A DNA stretch of 64,000 nucleotides from Gemmatimonadales bacterium. Lineage in GTDB: Bacteria > Gemmatimonadota > Gemmatimonadetes > Gemmatimonadales > GWC2-71-9. The stretch lies in the NCBI GenBank assembly GCA_037045245.1, contig JBAOHR010000004.1, forward strand, positions 751-64,750, given 5' to 3'. Within the stretch, counting starts at the first letter, position 1; every line of letters begins with the position of its first letter. Below, in pieces: positions 1 to 10,602 of this stretch. The translations under genes and the position numbers were made by a program. The notes under the pieces were generated by a model, which saw only the letters and a list, made by a program, of their open reading frames with translations, did not search any database and was not told the DNA's origin.

Positions 1-632
1 CGCAAGGTAGCCGCTGACATAGCGGGCCGGCCAGGCCGAGCGAACGCAAACCCGCGGCCATGACCTGGGCAAAATCCTGGCACACGCCGCGCCGCTGCTG
101 CAGAACTTTGGCCACGGGCGTGGCAAAGTCCGTCGCGGTGGGATCAAAGGCAAAGTCTTTAAAGATTCGACGGTTTAAATCCTTCACTCCCTCCAGAATC
201 GGACGTCCCGGTGGAAAGGACGGCTTGGCATAAGCGGCAAACACGGAATCCATCGGAATCAAAGGCGAAGCAAAGCACAACTCCCCGGCCACCGCAGTGG
301 GCGTCAGTTGGTCGGCAAGACAGGCATCACGGACCAACTCCCAAGCAGGCGTGGCCCTGCTGTCGACCGGGGCGCTCTGCTGCAATCTGACGAGACTTTG
401 GGCCGTTATTTCCAACGATTCATGCGAGCCTTCGATCTCGAAATAGACACTCGAATTTCCGAAATAATCGCAACGGGTGGCTTTTTCCGTCGGCTGGGGA
501 TGGATGTGCAGACTCATGCCACGGACAGCTTTGCTGGGGAAGCGTCCTCGGCTCAAGGCGCGCGGTGTAGTGGCAAACGGTCACCGGTCGCTCATAGGTC
601 CAGGTCGTCTTGTGGGTGATTCGGTACTGCAT
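1..632 (-). CDS. Transglutaminase family protein (N-terminal bacterial transglutaminase domain + core), 3' truncated, frameshifts near 512 and 30
   Basis: Starts MQYRITHKTTWTYERPV. After a 1-nt shift it reads DYFGN...RRGVCQDFAQVM (catalytic Cys motif) and ARYVSGYL. Confidence 0.85.
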
Positions 633-643
633 GATGACTCGGG

Positions 644-3157
644 TCAGCGGACACGGCGCACGGCATGACTGAAGAAGTGCTCGGTGAGCAGATCTGAAAG
701 GACTTCCAGAGAATCGGCCAAATGTTGACACAGGGCAGGCAACTCAACCCGGGGATCCCTCTCGGCGGCGGCCATGGAGACCAGATTGATGCCACTGAGA
801 TCGGAAAGCAGGGCATCCGTCTGCTGGCGTTCGCGGCCACCGGAGTCGGTGGTGGGATCGCTGGGAAGACGCGCACTTTGGCGCCCCAATGCCTGAAGCT
901 GGAAGGCCACCGACCGCGGATTGGACTCATCCAGCAGGAGCAGATCGACGGCAGGAAGGAGGGACGGGCGGGAGAAATACATTCTCCGGTAAGTCATGCT
1001 GCTGTCGCAGATTTCCAGCAAAGGCGGCAGCACCGCCTCTTCCCCGAATTCCGATCCGGAGGCAGTCTGCAGGAGAGTCAACGTCTGCCATCCCCGCTCG
1101 ATGCGTTTCCCGATCTCCAAAAACCTCCAACCATGGCCTCGTGTCATGTTTTCCTGCTGCAGGCCGCTGAATGCCGTGAGATCGAGAACCAGCGAATCCA
1201 GAAGGTCCTGCGCACCGGACAGACCGGCGGAAGTCCTGTCCAACATTCCGTCCCGGTCGAGATGGTTGAAGAGTCTCCACATGTCGTCGCTCAGACGATC
1301 GCGGGCCGAGGAGGCATTGAAACGGATCCTCCCCAGCAGATCGGACAGGCTTCCGTCCTTTTTCGGATCGCGGATGATTTCACGCAGCTCATTCCTGATG
1401 TTGGCTCCGATGCTGGAAAAGCCCATCGCCTTGAGCAGATCCAGGCAGGCCCGGATCTCGGGATTGCTTTCAGCGGCTCTTTCGCTGAAGAGACGCTGCA
1501 GCAGCGCCCGCAACACCCGCACGGTGGTATCGAGACGTTCGGCATAGCGTCCCAACCAAAACAAATGGTCCGCCGCCCGGCTGGGCACAGCACCCGGAGG
1601 ACGGCTTGGCCGGATCACGGCGGGGGTCTGCTGAATCACACCGGGACCGGATGTCTCCGCGCCATCGCCAATAATCCAGGTGTCTTTGCTGATGCCACCG
1701 CTGCGCATGGTGACGATCCAGCGGCGGGGTTCCGGGCTGACCCGGCTCAGACCACCCGGCATGGTGTTGTATCCATCGTTGCCCGCGACCGTAAAGGTCC
1801 GCCAGACCAAGGCACGGGGCTCAAGCCGGCCGCGCACGAGGGTCGGGGCCGTGGAAAGTGGCAGCGCTTCCTGGGCAATCCAGTCATGTGGGGTGCTTCT
1901 CAAGCGTTCAAGGAGAGACGCTTTGTCGGAAGGGGAAAGATCCGCGAGAAATATGGGATCGCGGGCACCGCGCACGAAAGCAGGCTTGAGCACCCAGCGG
2001 TCCGGCGAGGCGAGGACCATCTCCCGCTCCCTGGCTTGACCGCACCACCAGGTCGGTGCGGAAGGCAGGAGCAACTCCTCACCGAGGAGATGCCGGCAAA
2101 GTCCCGGGAGAAAAGGATGCAACGCAGGGGTCTCCACGACCTTGGTTCCCAACCCATTGGCCAAGGCCACACTGCCTGACCGCCAAGCCTCCAAAAGGCC
2201 TGCCACCCCCAGCAATGAATTTGGTTCCAGTTCCAGCGGATCGGCGAATACATCATCGACATGGCGGATCAGGACATCGACTCTGCGGAGTCCTTCCAGG
2301 GTCTTCATGTGCACACGCCGGTCCCTCACCGTGAGGTCGGCCCCCTCGACCAATGGATAGCCCAGGTAGCGCGCCTTGAGGGCGTGTTCAAAATAGGTCT
2401 CGTTGTACGGACCGGGAGTGTACATGGCGATGCTGGCCCCTCCTCTGGCCCGTGGGGCCAGGGATTGCAGCATCTGCTTGATCACTTCATAGTGGTCGGA
2501 GAGCCGACGCACTCCGAGGGCGTTGAACTCCTCCGCATGGACATTGGCGAGGACCAACCGGTTCTCCAATGCGTAGCCATTCCCAGATGGCGCTTGCAGG
2601 CGGTCGGCCAGCACCATCCATCGTCCATCGAGCCCCCGGACCAGATCGGCGCCAAGCCGGACGAGAAACTTCCCCCCAGGAGGCACCACCCCACTGACCC
2701 CGCGGAGGAATCCGGGATTCCCATGCACCAGGGCCGGTGGAAGAAGTCCCCTCTTGAGCAATGTCTTTGCCCCATAGAGATCCGCGAGGATGGCATTGAG
2801 GAGCCTGGCCCGTTGCGCCAATCCCACGGAAACAGACTGCCATTCTGACTGGGGAAGCAACAGAGGCAGGAGATCCAGTTCCCAGGGACGACCGGCGCCC
2901 CGGGTATCGTCATACATGTTGTAGGTGACGCCATGGTCCCTCAGAAGCTTCTGCATCTGGCTCTGGCGCCGCCCGATCTCTTCGGCCTCGACGCTTTCCA
3001 AGAAACGGGCGTAGGCTTTCCAATGGGGCCGGATGCCACCGCCGGGCAGCAGCATCTCATCCCAGACCCCGGATTGGGGAACATATCCGGCAAGCAATCC
3101 TCCAGCCTGGGAAGGTGGATTGGCGGACCCGGCGGGGAGCTGAGCTGGCATGGACAT
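644..3157 (-). CDS. Circularly permuted type 2 ATP-grasp protein fused to alpha-E domain
   Basis: Motifs RPWELDLLP, QAPSGNGYALENR, PGPYNETYFEHA, MPGGLSRV, SKDTW. C-terminal alpha-E part has LFWLGRYAER, GKRIER and NPRSV. Confidence 0.9.
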   Translation of the reverse strand: MSMPAQLPAGSANPPSQAGGLLAGYVPQSGVWDEMLLPGGGIRPHWKAYARFLESVEAEEIGRRQSQMQKLLRDHGVTYNMYDDTRGAGRPWELDLLPLLLPQSEWQSVSVGLAQRARLLNAILADLYGAKTLLKRGLLPPALVHGNPGFLRGVSGVVPPGGKFLVRLGADLVRGLDGRWMVLADRLQAPSGNGYALENRLVLANVHAEEFNALGVRRLSDHYEVIKQMLQSLAPRARGGASIAMYTPGPYNETYFEHALKARYLGYPLVEGADLTVRDRRVHMKTLEGLRRVDVLIRHVDDVFADPLELEPNSLLGVAGLLEAWRSGSVALANGLGTKVVETPALHPFLPGLCRHLLGEELLLPSAPTWWCGQAREREMVLASPDRWVLKPAFVRGARDPIFLADLSPSDKASLLERLRSTPHDWIAQEALPLSTAPTLVRGRLEPRALVWRTFTVAGNDGYNTMPGGLSRVSPEPRRWIVTMRSGGISKDTWIIGDGAETSGPGVIQQTPAVIRPSRPPGAVPSRAADHLFWLGRYAERLDTTVRVLRALLQRLFSERAAESNPEIRACLDLLKAMGFSSIGANIRNELREIIRDPKKDGSLSDLLGRIRFNASSARDRLSDDMWRLFNHLDRDGMLDRTSAGLSGAQDLLDSLVLDLTAFSGLQQENMTRGHGWRFLEIGKRIERGWQTLTLLQTASGSEFGEEAVLPPLLEICDSSMTYRRMYFSRPSLLPAVDLLLLDESNPRSVAFQLQALGRQSARLPSDPTTDSGGRERQQTDALLSDLSGINLVSMAAAERDPRVELPALCQHLADSLEVLSDLLTEHFFSHAVRRVR

Positions 3158-3230
3158 GGGTCGGTAATGCACCCCATTGTGTCCTCAATTGCCGGGAAAG
3201 CCAACAGAGGGACGGACTGGCATCAAGGAA

Positions 3231-4978
3231 CTATGCCTTTCTCAGGTCAAGCGTAAAGGGAAAGTCCCGGTCAATCGACACCTTCGGCACCGTCACCGGA
3301 CCGGGGGAGTGCCCCATGGGGAAGAACCGCGACAACCTTCTCGCCTCGGCCTCATAGGCATTGACCGGAAAGGTGTCGTAGCCCCGGCCCCCAGGGTGGG
3401 AGACATGGTATTGGCAGCCTCCCAGACTGCGGCCACTCCACGAGTCGAGAAGGTCGAACACCAGGGGGCTGTGCACCCCGATGGTGGGCTGGAGGCAGCG
3501 CGGAGGCTGCCAGGCCCGGTAGCGCACCCCCGCGACAAATTCTCCCACCGTGCCGGTGGGATGGAGCGGCAGAGCCCTGCCGTTGCAGGCCAGGACATGG
3601 CGTCCCGGAACCAGACCTCGCACTTTGATCTGAAGCCGTTCCAAGGAACTGTCAACATGACGGGACGGTGGCCCCGGCCGCAGATTCCTCGCCCAGCACA
3701 TGCCAGGGTTCCAACGCGGTGCGGAATTCCAGCCGGAGATTCCACAGCGAATGATCCCCGATGCGGGGGAAACGGAATTCAAAATGGGGAGCGAACCACT
3801 CCTCCGACAGAGGGTAACCGTGTTCCTGCATGTCCTCGAGAACATCACGGAAGTCGCTCCAAACGAAATGGGGCAGCATGAACCGGTCGTGCAGTCCCGT
3901 CCCCCAGCGGACGAGTTCCTGATTGTAGGGCTGACGCCAGAAGCGGGCAATCGCCGCGCGCAGGAGGAGGTGCTGGGCCAGACTCATGCGGGCATGGGGC
4001 GGCATTTCAAAGCCACGCATTTCCAGCAAGCCCAGTCGGCCGGTGGAGGAGTCGGGGGAATACAGTTTGTCGATGCAGAACTCCGTCCGGTGGGTGTTCC
4101 CGGTGGAATCGACGAGCAGGTTCCGGAAGAGCCGATCGACCAACCAGGGGGGCACCTGACCGTGGTCGGGCACCTGGCGGAAAGCCAGTTCCAGTTCCGC
4201 CAGACTGTCGAGTCTCGCCTCATCGATCCGGGGATGCTGACTGGTGGGCCCGATAAAAAGACCACTGAAAAGGTAGCTCAGGGACGGATGATTGTGCCAG
4301 AAAGCCACCAGGGATCGCAGGAGGTCCGGTCGGCGCAGCAGCGGAGAATGCGCGGGCGTTTCCCCTCCGATGACGATGTGGTTCCCCCCTCCGGTCCCGG
4401 TATGCCGCCCATCGACGAGGTATTTCTCGGTGCCGAGGCGAGATTGGCGGGCCTCCTCGTAGAGAGTAGTGGTGTTGTGGACCAGTTCCTTCCAATCGTA
4501 GGCAGGCTGGAGGTTCACTTCGATGACCCCGGGGTCGGGAGTCACCTTAATAACTCGGAGTCTGGCATCGTAGGGAGGCGGCGTGCCCTCGATAATAACC
4601 GGAAGATGCAAAGCCGCCGCCGTGTCTTCAATCGCAGCGATGAGGTCCAGGTAGTCTTCCGTGTCCGCCACAGGAGGCATGAAGACGTGGAGCCGTCCTT
4701 CGCGGGCCTCGAAACACATGGCGGTCCGAGTCAGCCAGGCGGCGGATTCCTGCGAGCCGGGAATGCGGGTCTCGGGCACTGTCCAGCTGCCGGAAGATTC
4801 CATGTCGGCAATGTAGGAGTCAATGCCTCCCGCGGCGGCACGCAGGTAGTTCACCCGGCTGAAAAACTGCGGTGGCAGAGCTTCGCGGTCATGCGAAGGA
4901 TCGGGCGGATGCACCCACGGAAAATCCGTCTCACTGACCCAGGGCAGACTATCCAGAGGCAACCGGTATCCCATCGGA
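3231..4978 (-). CDS. DUF2126 transglutaminase/putative amidoligase family protein, 5' truncated at junction, frameshift near 3670
   Basis: [43 protein letters not shown], then DSSLERLQ...[18 protein letters not shown]...TLDLR in the shifted frame. Confidence 0.85.
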
Positions 4979-5834
4979 TTCACCGCGCCGGCCAAGGCGG
5001 ACGCCGCCGTCCCGTCCCGTGATCGGTGGAAGCTCTGGGTCTTGTCCGTCGGGATGAACGGCTATCTCAGCGGCGAGTCGAGCTCGAAGTCGAGCGACGT
5101 CGGCGGCAGCTTCTCGGCCGGCCGCACCACGGCGGACTGGAAGTTCCAGGCCTACATCTCGGGCAACAAGAGCGACAACAGCTTCGATCTTGGCGACGGC
5201 AGCACCTTCACGTCCAACGTGCACAGCTATTACGGCAGCGGACTGCTCGTGCGAAGCCTCGGCGGCCATCTCTCGGCCGGTGCCCTCTTTTCCGGCAGCT
5301 CCTCGACGCAAGAGAACATCGACCTCAACCTGCGCGTCGCGCCGACGCTCGAGTACTCGGTGTTCGGCTACGCCGACTACACCAAGCGCCGACTCACCTT
5401 CCAGTACAGCGTCGGATTCAATCGCTACGAGTACACCGAGACGACCATCTTCGACCGCGACGAGGAGACGCTGGTGAATCAAACGCTCGGCGCCTCGTAC
5501 GTCACGCGGACGACCTGGGGCAGCGCGAGCATGAGCATCAATGCCTCGCAGTACCTCGCCAACCTCCGACAGAACCGGATCACCCTCGGCGCCAACGCAA
5601 ACGTGCGTGTGTTCAAGGGGATGGGGATCAACTACGGGGCGAGCTATTCCCGCGTACGCGACCAGATCACCCTGCCCCGGGACGGGGCCAGCGACGAGGA
5701 GATCCTCCTCCGCCTGAAGCGGCTGCGGACCAACTCACCGCTACTCGGCGTTCTTCGGGCTGAACTACACCTTCGGCTCGGTGCTCAACAACATCGTGAA
5801 CCCCCGCCTCGGCGGGAGCGGGGAGTATTACTGA
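4979..5834 (+). CDS. Outer-membrane beta-barrel-like protein, 5' truncated, frameshift near 5735
   Basis: Alternating aromatic/polar strands. Removing 1 nt gives the C-terminus YRYSAFFGLNYTFGSVLNNIVNPRLGGSGEYY* (TGA 5832-5834). Confidence 0.6.
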
Positions 5835-5926
5835 GCAGGCGCCGCCTCCCCCCGTGTGGTTCCGGCTCGAGGCGGCGTCTCCAGAGGATCCCCACATTCG
5901 CGTGTCTTCACCCCGGGAGGGCTGCC

Positions 5927-7597
5927 ATGTCCCAGGCTCGTCTGTTGTGGTTACTTGCCACGCTGGTCGCCGTGCCGGCTGCGGCGCAGGGCGGAACAGC
6001 CTGCGTGCAGGGGCGGGTGTATGGGTCGTTCGGGTCGCCATTGATGGGCGCACGGGTCACCCTGCTCAACGCCGGTACGGCGGTGATGACCGACCTCGAG
6101 GGGCGATACGCCTTCCTTTCGCTGCTGCCGGACACCGTCAGCCTGCGGGTCACCTATATCGGGTACAAGAGCGGGATGGTGTCAGGACTCCGACTGGAGG
6201 CCGGCAAGCCGGTGACGCAGGACTTCACCCTCGAGCAGTCGAAGGTGACGATCACCCCGATGGGCGACGCCCCGCTGCCGGCAGCGTCGGCACCGCGGGA
6301 AGGACGACCCCAGCCGCCAACGGTGATCGAGTCGGAGCGCACGTGCCCGAAGAGCACGGCGTCGAGTCCTACCCGGATGATCGACGGCGTGCCGGTGGAT
6401 ACCAGTGCGCGGTTCCGGGAGGTCATGCCGATCGCAGTGCAGACCGCTGGCGCCGGATCCAGCCCACGTGCCGCGAAGGTGCTCATCGACGGCGTGCCGC
6501 AGCAGGTGAATCGGCGCCCGCTCTCGGGCACCGCCTGCCTGCAGGGGCGGGTCTTCTCGGGTCCCGGCGTGCCGCTGCCGGGCGCCAGGGTGGTGCTCGT
6601 CAACCCGCAGATTGCCACCATCACGGACGCCGCCGGGCAGTACTCCTTCTGGTCGCTCGCGCCGGACACCGTCAGCGTGCGGGTCAGCTACCTCGGCTAC
6701 AAGGCAGCGCTCGTCTCGGGGCTCCGGCTCTCGGCCGATCGAATCGTGAGCCAGGACTTTACGCTCGAGGCATCTCCCGTCACTGTCACCGAGTTCACGC
6801 CACCTCCGGGGAAGGCGGGCCGACAGGCATCGGCCGCACCCTCAACGCGTCCGGTAGAGACGAGCCTCTGCGAATCGTCGACCACCACCCCCGAGGTGAC
6901 GCGCCTCCCGGACGGTTCGTACGTCGACCGGTTGCCGGCCAATGGCGTCCCACTCGTGCTCCGAGCTCGCCCCGGCACGCCCGTCCCCGCTCCGGGCCGC
7001 CTCGAGGGCACCGTGATGGCGATCGGACGGCAGCCGCTCTGGGGCGCAAGCGTCTACATCGTTGGATCGCTCGTGAGCGCCAGCACCGACACCACCGGTC
7101 GCTATCGCTTCGATTTCGTGCCAGCCGGAGCGATCACCCTCTACGTGCAGGCCGCCGGATCGAATCCCGCCACGGTCGAAGGGGTCCGCATCCGAGCCGG
7201 GGAGACGGTCGTGCAGGACTTCGTGCTCGTACCGGGGACGCCGGGTGGCAACAGCATGAATCGAACGGAAGGCACGCGTCTCGAGTTCGTTTACGTTGAT
7301 GCCCTCCCCCCCGGCGCGCGCGCTGACTCCGCCCCGGGCCGCATCGAGGGGACGATCCGCGACGGGTCGAATCGACCGGTGGTCGACGCGCGGGTCGTGA
7401 TCATCGGCACAATGGAGTCGGCGCGGACGGACAGCGCCGGCCGCTATGTTCTGCCACTGGTCCGTTCCGGAATGCTCACGCTTCGCGCCACCCGAGATGG
7501 ATACGCCATGACCCAGGTGGAAGGGCTCCGCCTGAACCGCGGTGCGACCCTCGTGCAGGACTTCCAGCTCCTGTCGGTGCCCGCAGGACGACCGTGA
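5927..7597 (+). CDS. Secreted protein with four carboxypeptidase-regulatory-like (CarboxypepD_reg) domains
   Basis: GGAGG RBS, signal peptide MSQARLLWLLATLVAVPAAAQ, and four G-x-V..P(L/V)xGAxV...TD..GxY...QDFxL repeats. Confidence 0.75.
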   Translation: MSQARLLWLLATLVAVPAAAQGGTACVQGRVYGSFGSPLMGARVTLLNAGTAVMTDLEGRYAFLSLLPDTVSLRVTYIGYKSGMVSGLRLEAGKPVTQDFTLEQSKVTITPMGDAPLPAASAPREGRPQPPTVIESERTCPKSTASSPTRMIDGVPVDTSARFREVMPIAVQTAGAGSSPRAAKVLIDGVPQQVNRRPLSGTACLQGRVFSGPGVPLPGARVVLVNPQIATITDAAGQYSFWSLAPDTVSVRVSYLGYKAALVSGLRLSADRIVSQDFTLEASPVTVTEFTPPPGKAGRQASAAPSTRPVETSLCESSTTTPEVTRLPDGSYVDRLPANGVPLVLRARPGTPVPAPGRLEGTVMAIGRQPLWGASVYIVGSLVSASTDTTGRYRFDFVPAGAITLYVQAAGSNPATVEGVRIRAGETVVQDFVLVPGTPGGNSMNRTEGTRLEFVYVDALPPGARADSAPGRIEGTIRDGSNRPVVDARVVIIGTMESARTDSAGRYVLPLVRSGMLTLRATRDGYAMTQVEGLRLNRGATLVQDFQLLSVPAGRP

Positions 7598-7664
7598 ATC
7601 CTCACGGCAGACCACCTTGCGTCCGCAATGCGGGAGGCTAGCTTGGGGAAGGCGTTTCAGCACT

Positions 7665-7690
7665 GGAACGCCCTCCCCACGCCAACGGTC
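7665..7690 (+). promoter_or_regulatory. Candidate ECF sigma promoter GGAAC-N18-GTC
   Basis: GGAAC 7665-7669 and GTC 7688-7690, 33 nt before the ATG at 7724. Confidence 0.4.
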
Positions 7691-7723
7691 AGATCGCGCC
7701 ATCCCTCCTCGGAGGACCCCGCC

Positions 7724-7990
7724 ATGCCCTGGATCGACGCCGCCACCGGCACCATCGCCTCGGTTGCCATCGTACTCTTCGTCGTCGTCAACGCGGTGTT
7801 CATCGCCGGGCTCTGGCGCACGCGGGATCGTCGTTTCGTCGACCGCTGGACCAAGCCGCTGGTGATGACCGATGCCGCGCTGCTCTTCGCGACCGTCGGC
7901 ACGCCCGTCATCGGGATCGCGGTGAAGCTGGGCGGGCAGTTCCTCGGCTTCCTGGCCACCCTGCCGGCGACCCTGATGCCGGGCAAGTGA
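7724..7990 (+). CDS. Small membrane protein
   Basis: GGAGG RBS, two hydrophobic segments, GTGA overlap with the next gene. Confidence 0.7.
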   Translation: MPWIDAATGTIASVAIVLFVVVNAVFIAGLWRTRDRRFVDRWTKPLVMTDAALLFATVGTPVIGIAVKLGGQFLGFLATLPATLMPGK

Positions 7991-8898
7991 CGCTCGAGCG
8001 GATCGCCCGCGGGATCATCGGACTCTTTCTCTTCCTGGTGGCCGTCGCGGGAATCGCGCTCGGTTACACCTACTGGACCAGCGGCAAGCGCCTCGAGCGC
8101 CGCTGGAGCCTTACCCCCGACAACGTCGTCGTCCCCACCGATTCCGCCGCGATCGCGTACGGTGGGCATGTCGCCGCCCTGCAGGGGTGCGACGGTTGCC
8201 ACGGCCCCGAGCTCGCCGGTCGCGCCTTCATGGATGCGCCGGGCGTCGTGCGCCTCTTCGCCAGCAACCTCACGCCGGGCGCGGGTGGCGTGGGGGCGCG
8301 GTACACCGACGCCGACTGGGTGCGCGCGATCCGTCACGCGGTCGCCCCGGATGGCCGCGGCCTCTTTTTCATGCCGTCGCAGAACTACCAGCGCCTCAAC
8401 GATCGCGATCTCGGCGCCCTGATCGCCTGGCTCAAGGCGCGGCCGAAGGTCGACGCCGCCTTCCCGGCCCCGTCGGTCGGCGTGCTCGGGCGCGTGATGC
8501 TGGTGATGGGAAGCCTGCCGCTGGTGACCGCCGAGCGGATCGATCATCAGGCCCCGCGGCCGCCCTCGATCCCGATCGGGCCGACGATCGCCTACGGCGA
8601 GTATCTGGCCGGAGGCTGCCGCGGTTGCCACGGCGAGACCTTCTCCGGCGGCGAGATTCCCGGAGGCGCCAGCATGGCGCCGTCCCGCAACCTCACGCCG
8701 GACAGCGCCACCGGGATCGGCCGCTGGTCGCTCAGCGACTTTCGCGCGGCGATGCGGATCGGTCAGCTCCCCGAAGGGGTCATGATGGACTCGGTGGCCA
8801 TGCCGATCCGCATCAGCCGGGAATTCACCGACGACGAGACGGCGGCCCTCTTTGCCTACTTCAAATCGCTGCCTGCGAAGCCCTGGGGCAATCGCTAG
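7987..8898 (+). CDS. Membrane-anchored diheme c-type cytochrome
   Basis: N-terminal TM helix, CDGCH and CRGCH heme motifs each followed by NLTP and a MP axial-ligand motif. Confidence 0.88.
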   Translation: MTLERIARGIIGLFLFLVAVAGIALGYTYWTSGKRLERRWSLTPDNVVVPTDSAAIAYGGHVAALQGCDGCHGPELAGRAFMDAPGVVRLFASNLTPGAGGVGARYTDADWVRAIRHAVAPDGRGLFFMPSQNYQRLNDRDLGALIAWLKARPKVDAAFPAPSVGVLGRVMLVMGSLPLVTAERIDHQAPRPPSIPIGPTIAYGEYLAGGCRGCHGETFSGGEIPGGASMAPSRNLTPDSATGIGRWSLSDFRAAMRIGQLPEGVMMDSVAMPIRISREFTDDETAALFAYFKSLPAKPWGNR

Positions 8899-9009
8899 CG
8901 CACGGCGCGTGACGCGCGGGGCCCGGACATCACCGCGCTGGCGCGATCCGTCGCCTCGCCGGTACTCTTGGGGCAGGAGCGCCGTGTCCACTTTCGCCCC
9001 GGAGCACCG

Positions 9010-9570
9010 ATGGGAACCATGATCCTCCTCGGACTGATCGCCGCCTTCCTCGTGATGTGCATCGCCGCCTTCAATCGCCTGATCGCGCTGAAGGGGCAGG
9101 TACAGAACGGCTGGAAGCAGATCGACGTGCAACTCAAGCGGCGCCATGACCTGATCCCCAACCTCGTCGACACGGTGAAGGGGGCGCTCCAGTTCGAACG
9201 CGGCACGCTCGACGCCGTGATCCAGGCCCGGACCCGCGCCGTTGGCGCCACCGGCGTCAAGGACGTGGCGCAGGCGGAAGGGGCGCTGACGCAGGCGCTC
9301 GGCCGCCTCTTCGCGGTGACCGAGGCCTACCCCGACCTCAAGGCGCTGGGGAACGTGAGTCAGCTGCAGGAAGAGCTGACCTCGACCGAAAACCGGATCG
9401 CCTTCTCGCGCCAGCACTACAACGACGTGGCCACGACCTACAACGTGGTGCAGCAGCAGTTCCCCACTTCGTTGGTGGCGGGGCTCGCGAAGGCCTCGGT
9501 CGTGGAGCTGTGGGAGATCACCGACCCGGGCGAACGCAACGTGCCGAAGGTGGACCTCTCCCTCCCGTGA
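9010..9570 (+). CDS. lemA: LemA family protein
   Basis: QIDVQLKRRHDLIPNLV, EAYPDLKA, ENRIAFSRQHYN. Confidence 0.93.
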   Translation: MGTMILLGLIAAFLVMCIAAFNRLIALKGQVQNGWKQIDVQLKRRHDLIPNLVDTVKGALQFERGTLDAVIQARTRAVGATGVKDVAQAEGALTQALGRLFAVTEAYPDLKALGNVSQLQEELTSTENRIAFSRQHYNDVATTYNVVQQQFPTSLVAGLAKASVVELWEITDPGERNVPKVDLSLP

Positions 9571-10595
9571 TCCCGTCGCCCGCCAGTGGCCGCGTGCGCC
9601 GGGATCTCTTCACGCAACAGGAGGAGAACCGGCGGAAATCGTCGTGGCTCGTGGCCGGCTTCGTGCTCCTCTTCGCGTGGGTCGGCTTCGGTGGGGACTT
9701 CGCGTTGATGCGCGCGACCCCCGACGACTCGCTCGGCTATCGGCACCGCGTGCCATGGCTAGGTATCGGCGTCACGCTGGTGGCCGCGGGCGTCGCGTGG
9801 GGTGCGTGGCGGCATGGTGACCGCCAGGTCCTCTGGTCGGCGCGCGCGATGGAGCTGGTGAACGCCGTGACCCCCGAGCAGCAACGGCTGGTGAACGTGG
9901 TCGACGAGATGGCGATCGCCAGCGGCCTGCCGCGCCCCACCGTGTGGATCGTCCCGGATGACGACCCCAACGCCTTCGCCACCGGACGCGATCCCGACCA
10001 CGCCTCGATTGCCGTCACGGAAGGACTGCTGACCCGGCTCGATCGCGACGAACTCCAGGCCGTCGTCGCCCACGAGATGGCGCACGTGGCGCGCTACGAC
10101 ACGCGCCTGATGACGCTCGTGGCCGCCATGGTCGGCGCGATCGCCTTGTTGAGCGATGGGCTCGGCCGCGCCCTCTGGCATTCCGGTCGAAGCGGGAACG
10201 CGGCGGGGCGCTCGATGGGCGGCCTGGTGGCACGACGGAGTGGTGGTCGAGGATTCCCGGCCGCAGCGATCCTCCTGGCGATCTGGCTCGTGACGCTGCT
10301 GATCGCACCGATCGTCTCACGGCTCGTGGCGATGGCGATCTCGCGCAAGCGGGAGTTCCTTGCCGACGCGACGGCGGCCCAGTACACGCGGAATCCCGGC
10401 GCGCTGGCTTCGGCCCTGGCCAAGCTCGACGAGGCGCGCGGCCCGACCCACCGGATCGGACGCGCCGCGACTCATCTGTGCATCGTCGATCCGGGCGATC
10501 AAACCGTCCAGCGACTGCGGGGAATGCTCGGCAACCTGATGTCGAGCCATCCGCCGATGGCCGAGCGCATCGCCCGCCTGCAGGCGATGGGCTAA
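9567..10595 (+). CDS. htpX: M48 family zinc metalloprotease (HtpX-like)
   Basis: PNAFATG, AHEMAH (HExxH), SRKREFLAD, SHPPMAERI. Coupled to lemA. Confidence 0.9.
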   Translation: MIPSPASGRVRRDLFTQQEENRRKSSWLVAGFVLLFAWVGFGGDFALMRATPDDSLGYRHRVPWLGIGVTLVAAGVAWGAWRHGDRQVLWSARAMELVNAVTPEQQRLVNVVDEMAIASGLPRPTVWIVPDDDPNAFATGRDPDHASIAVTEGLLTRLDRDELQAVVAHEMAHVARYDTRLMTLVAAMVGAIALLSDGLGRALWHSGRSGNAAGRSMGGLVARRSGGRGFPAAAILLAIWLVTLLIAPIVSRLVAMAISRKREFLADATAAQYTRNPGALASALAKLDEARGPTHRIGRAATHLCIVDPGDQTVQRLRGMLGNLMSSHPPMAERIARLQAMG

Positions 10596-10602
10596 CGGCC
10601 TC

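Noticed and set aside
5042..7597. 851-aa beta-barrel + CarboxypepD fusion ORF
   Set aside because: Artefact of a 1-nt insertion near 5735. The barrel has its own stop at 5834, and the second gene has its own RBS and signal peptide at 5927.
10317..10602. About 280-nt antisense overlap of the amidohydrolase with htpX
   Set aside because: The extension is just the htpX antisense translation. A TAA at 10603 in an adjacent frame after a G-run suggests an indel.
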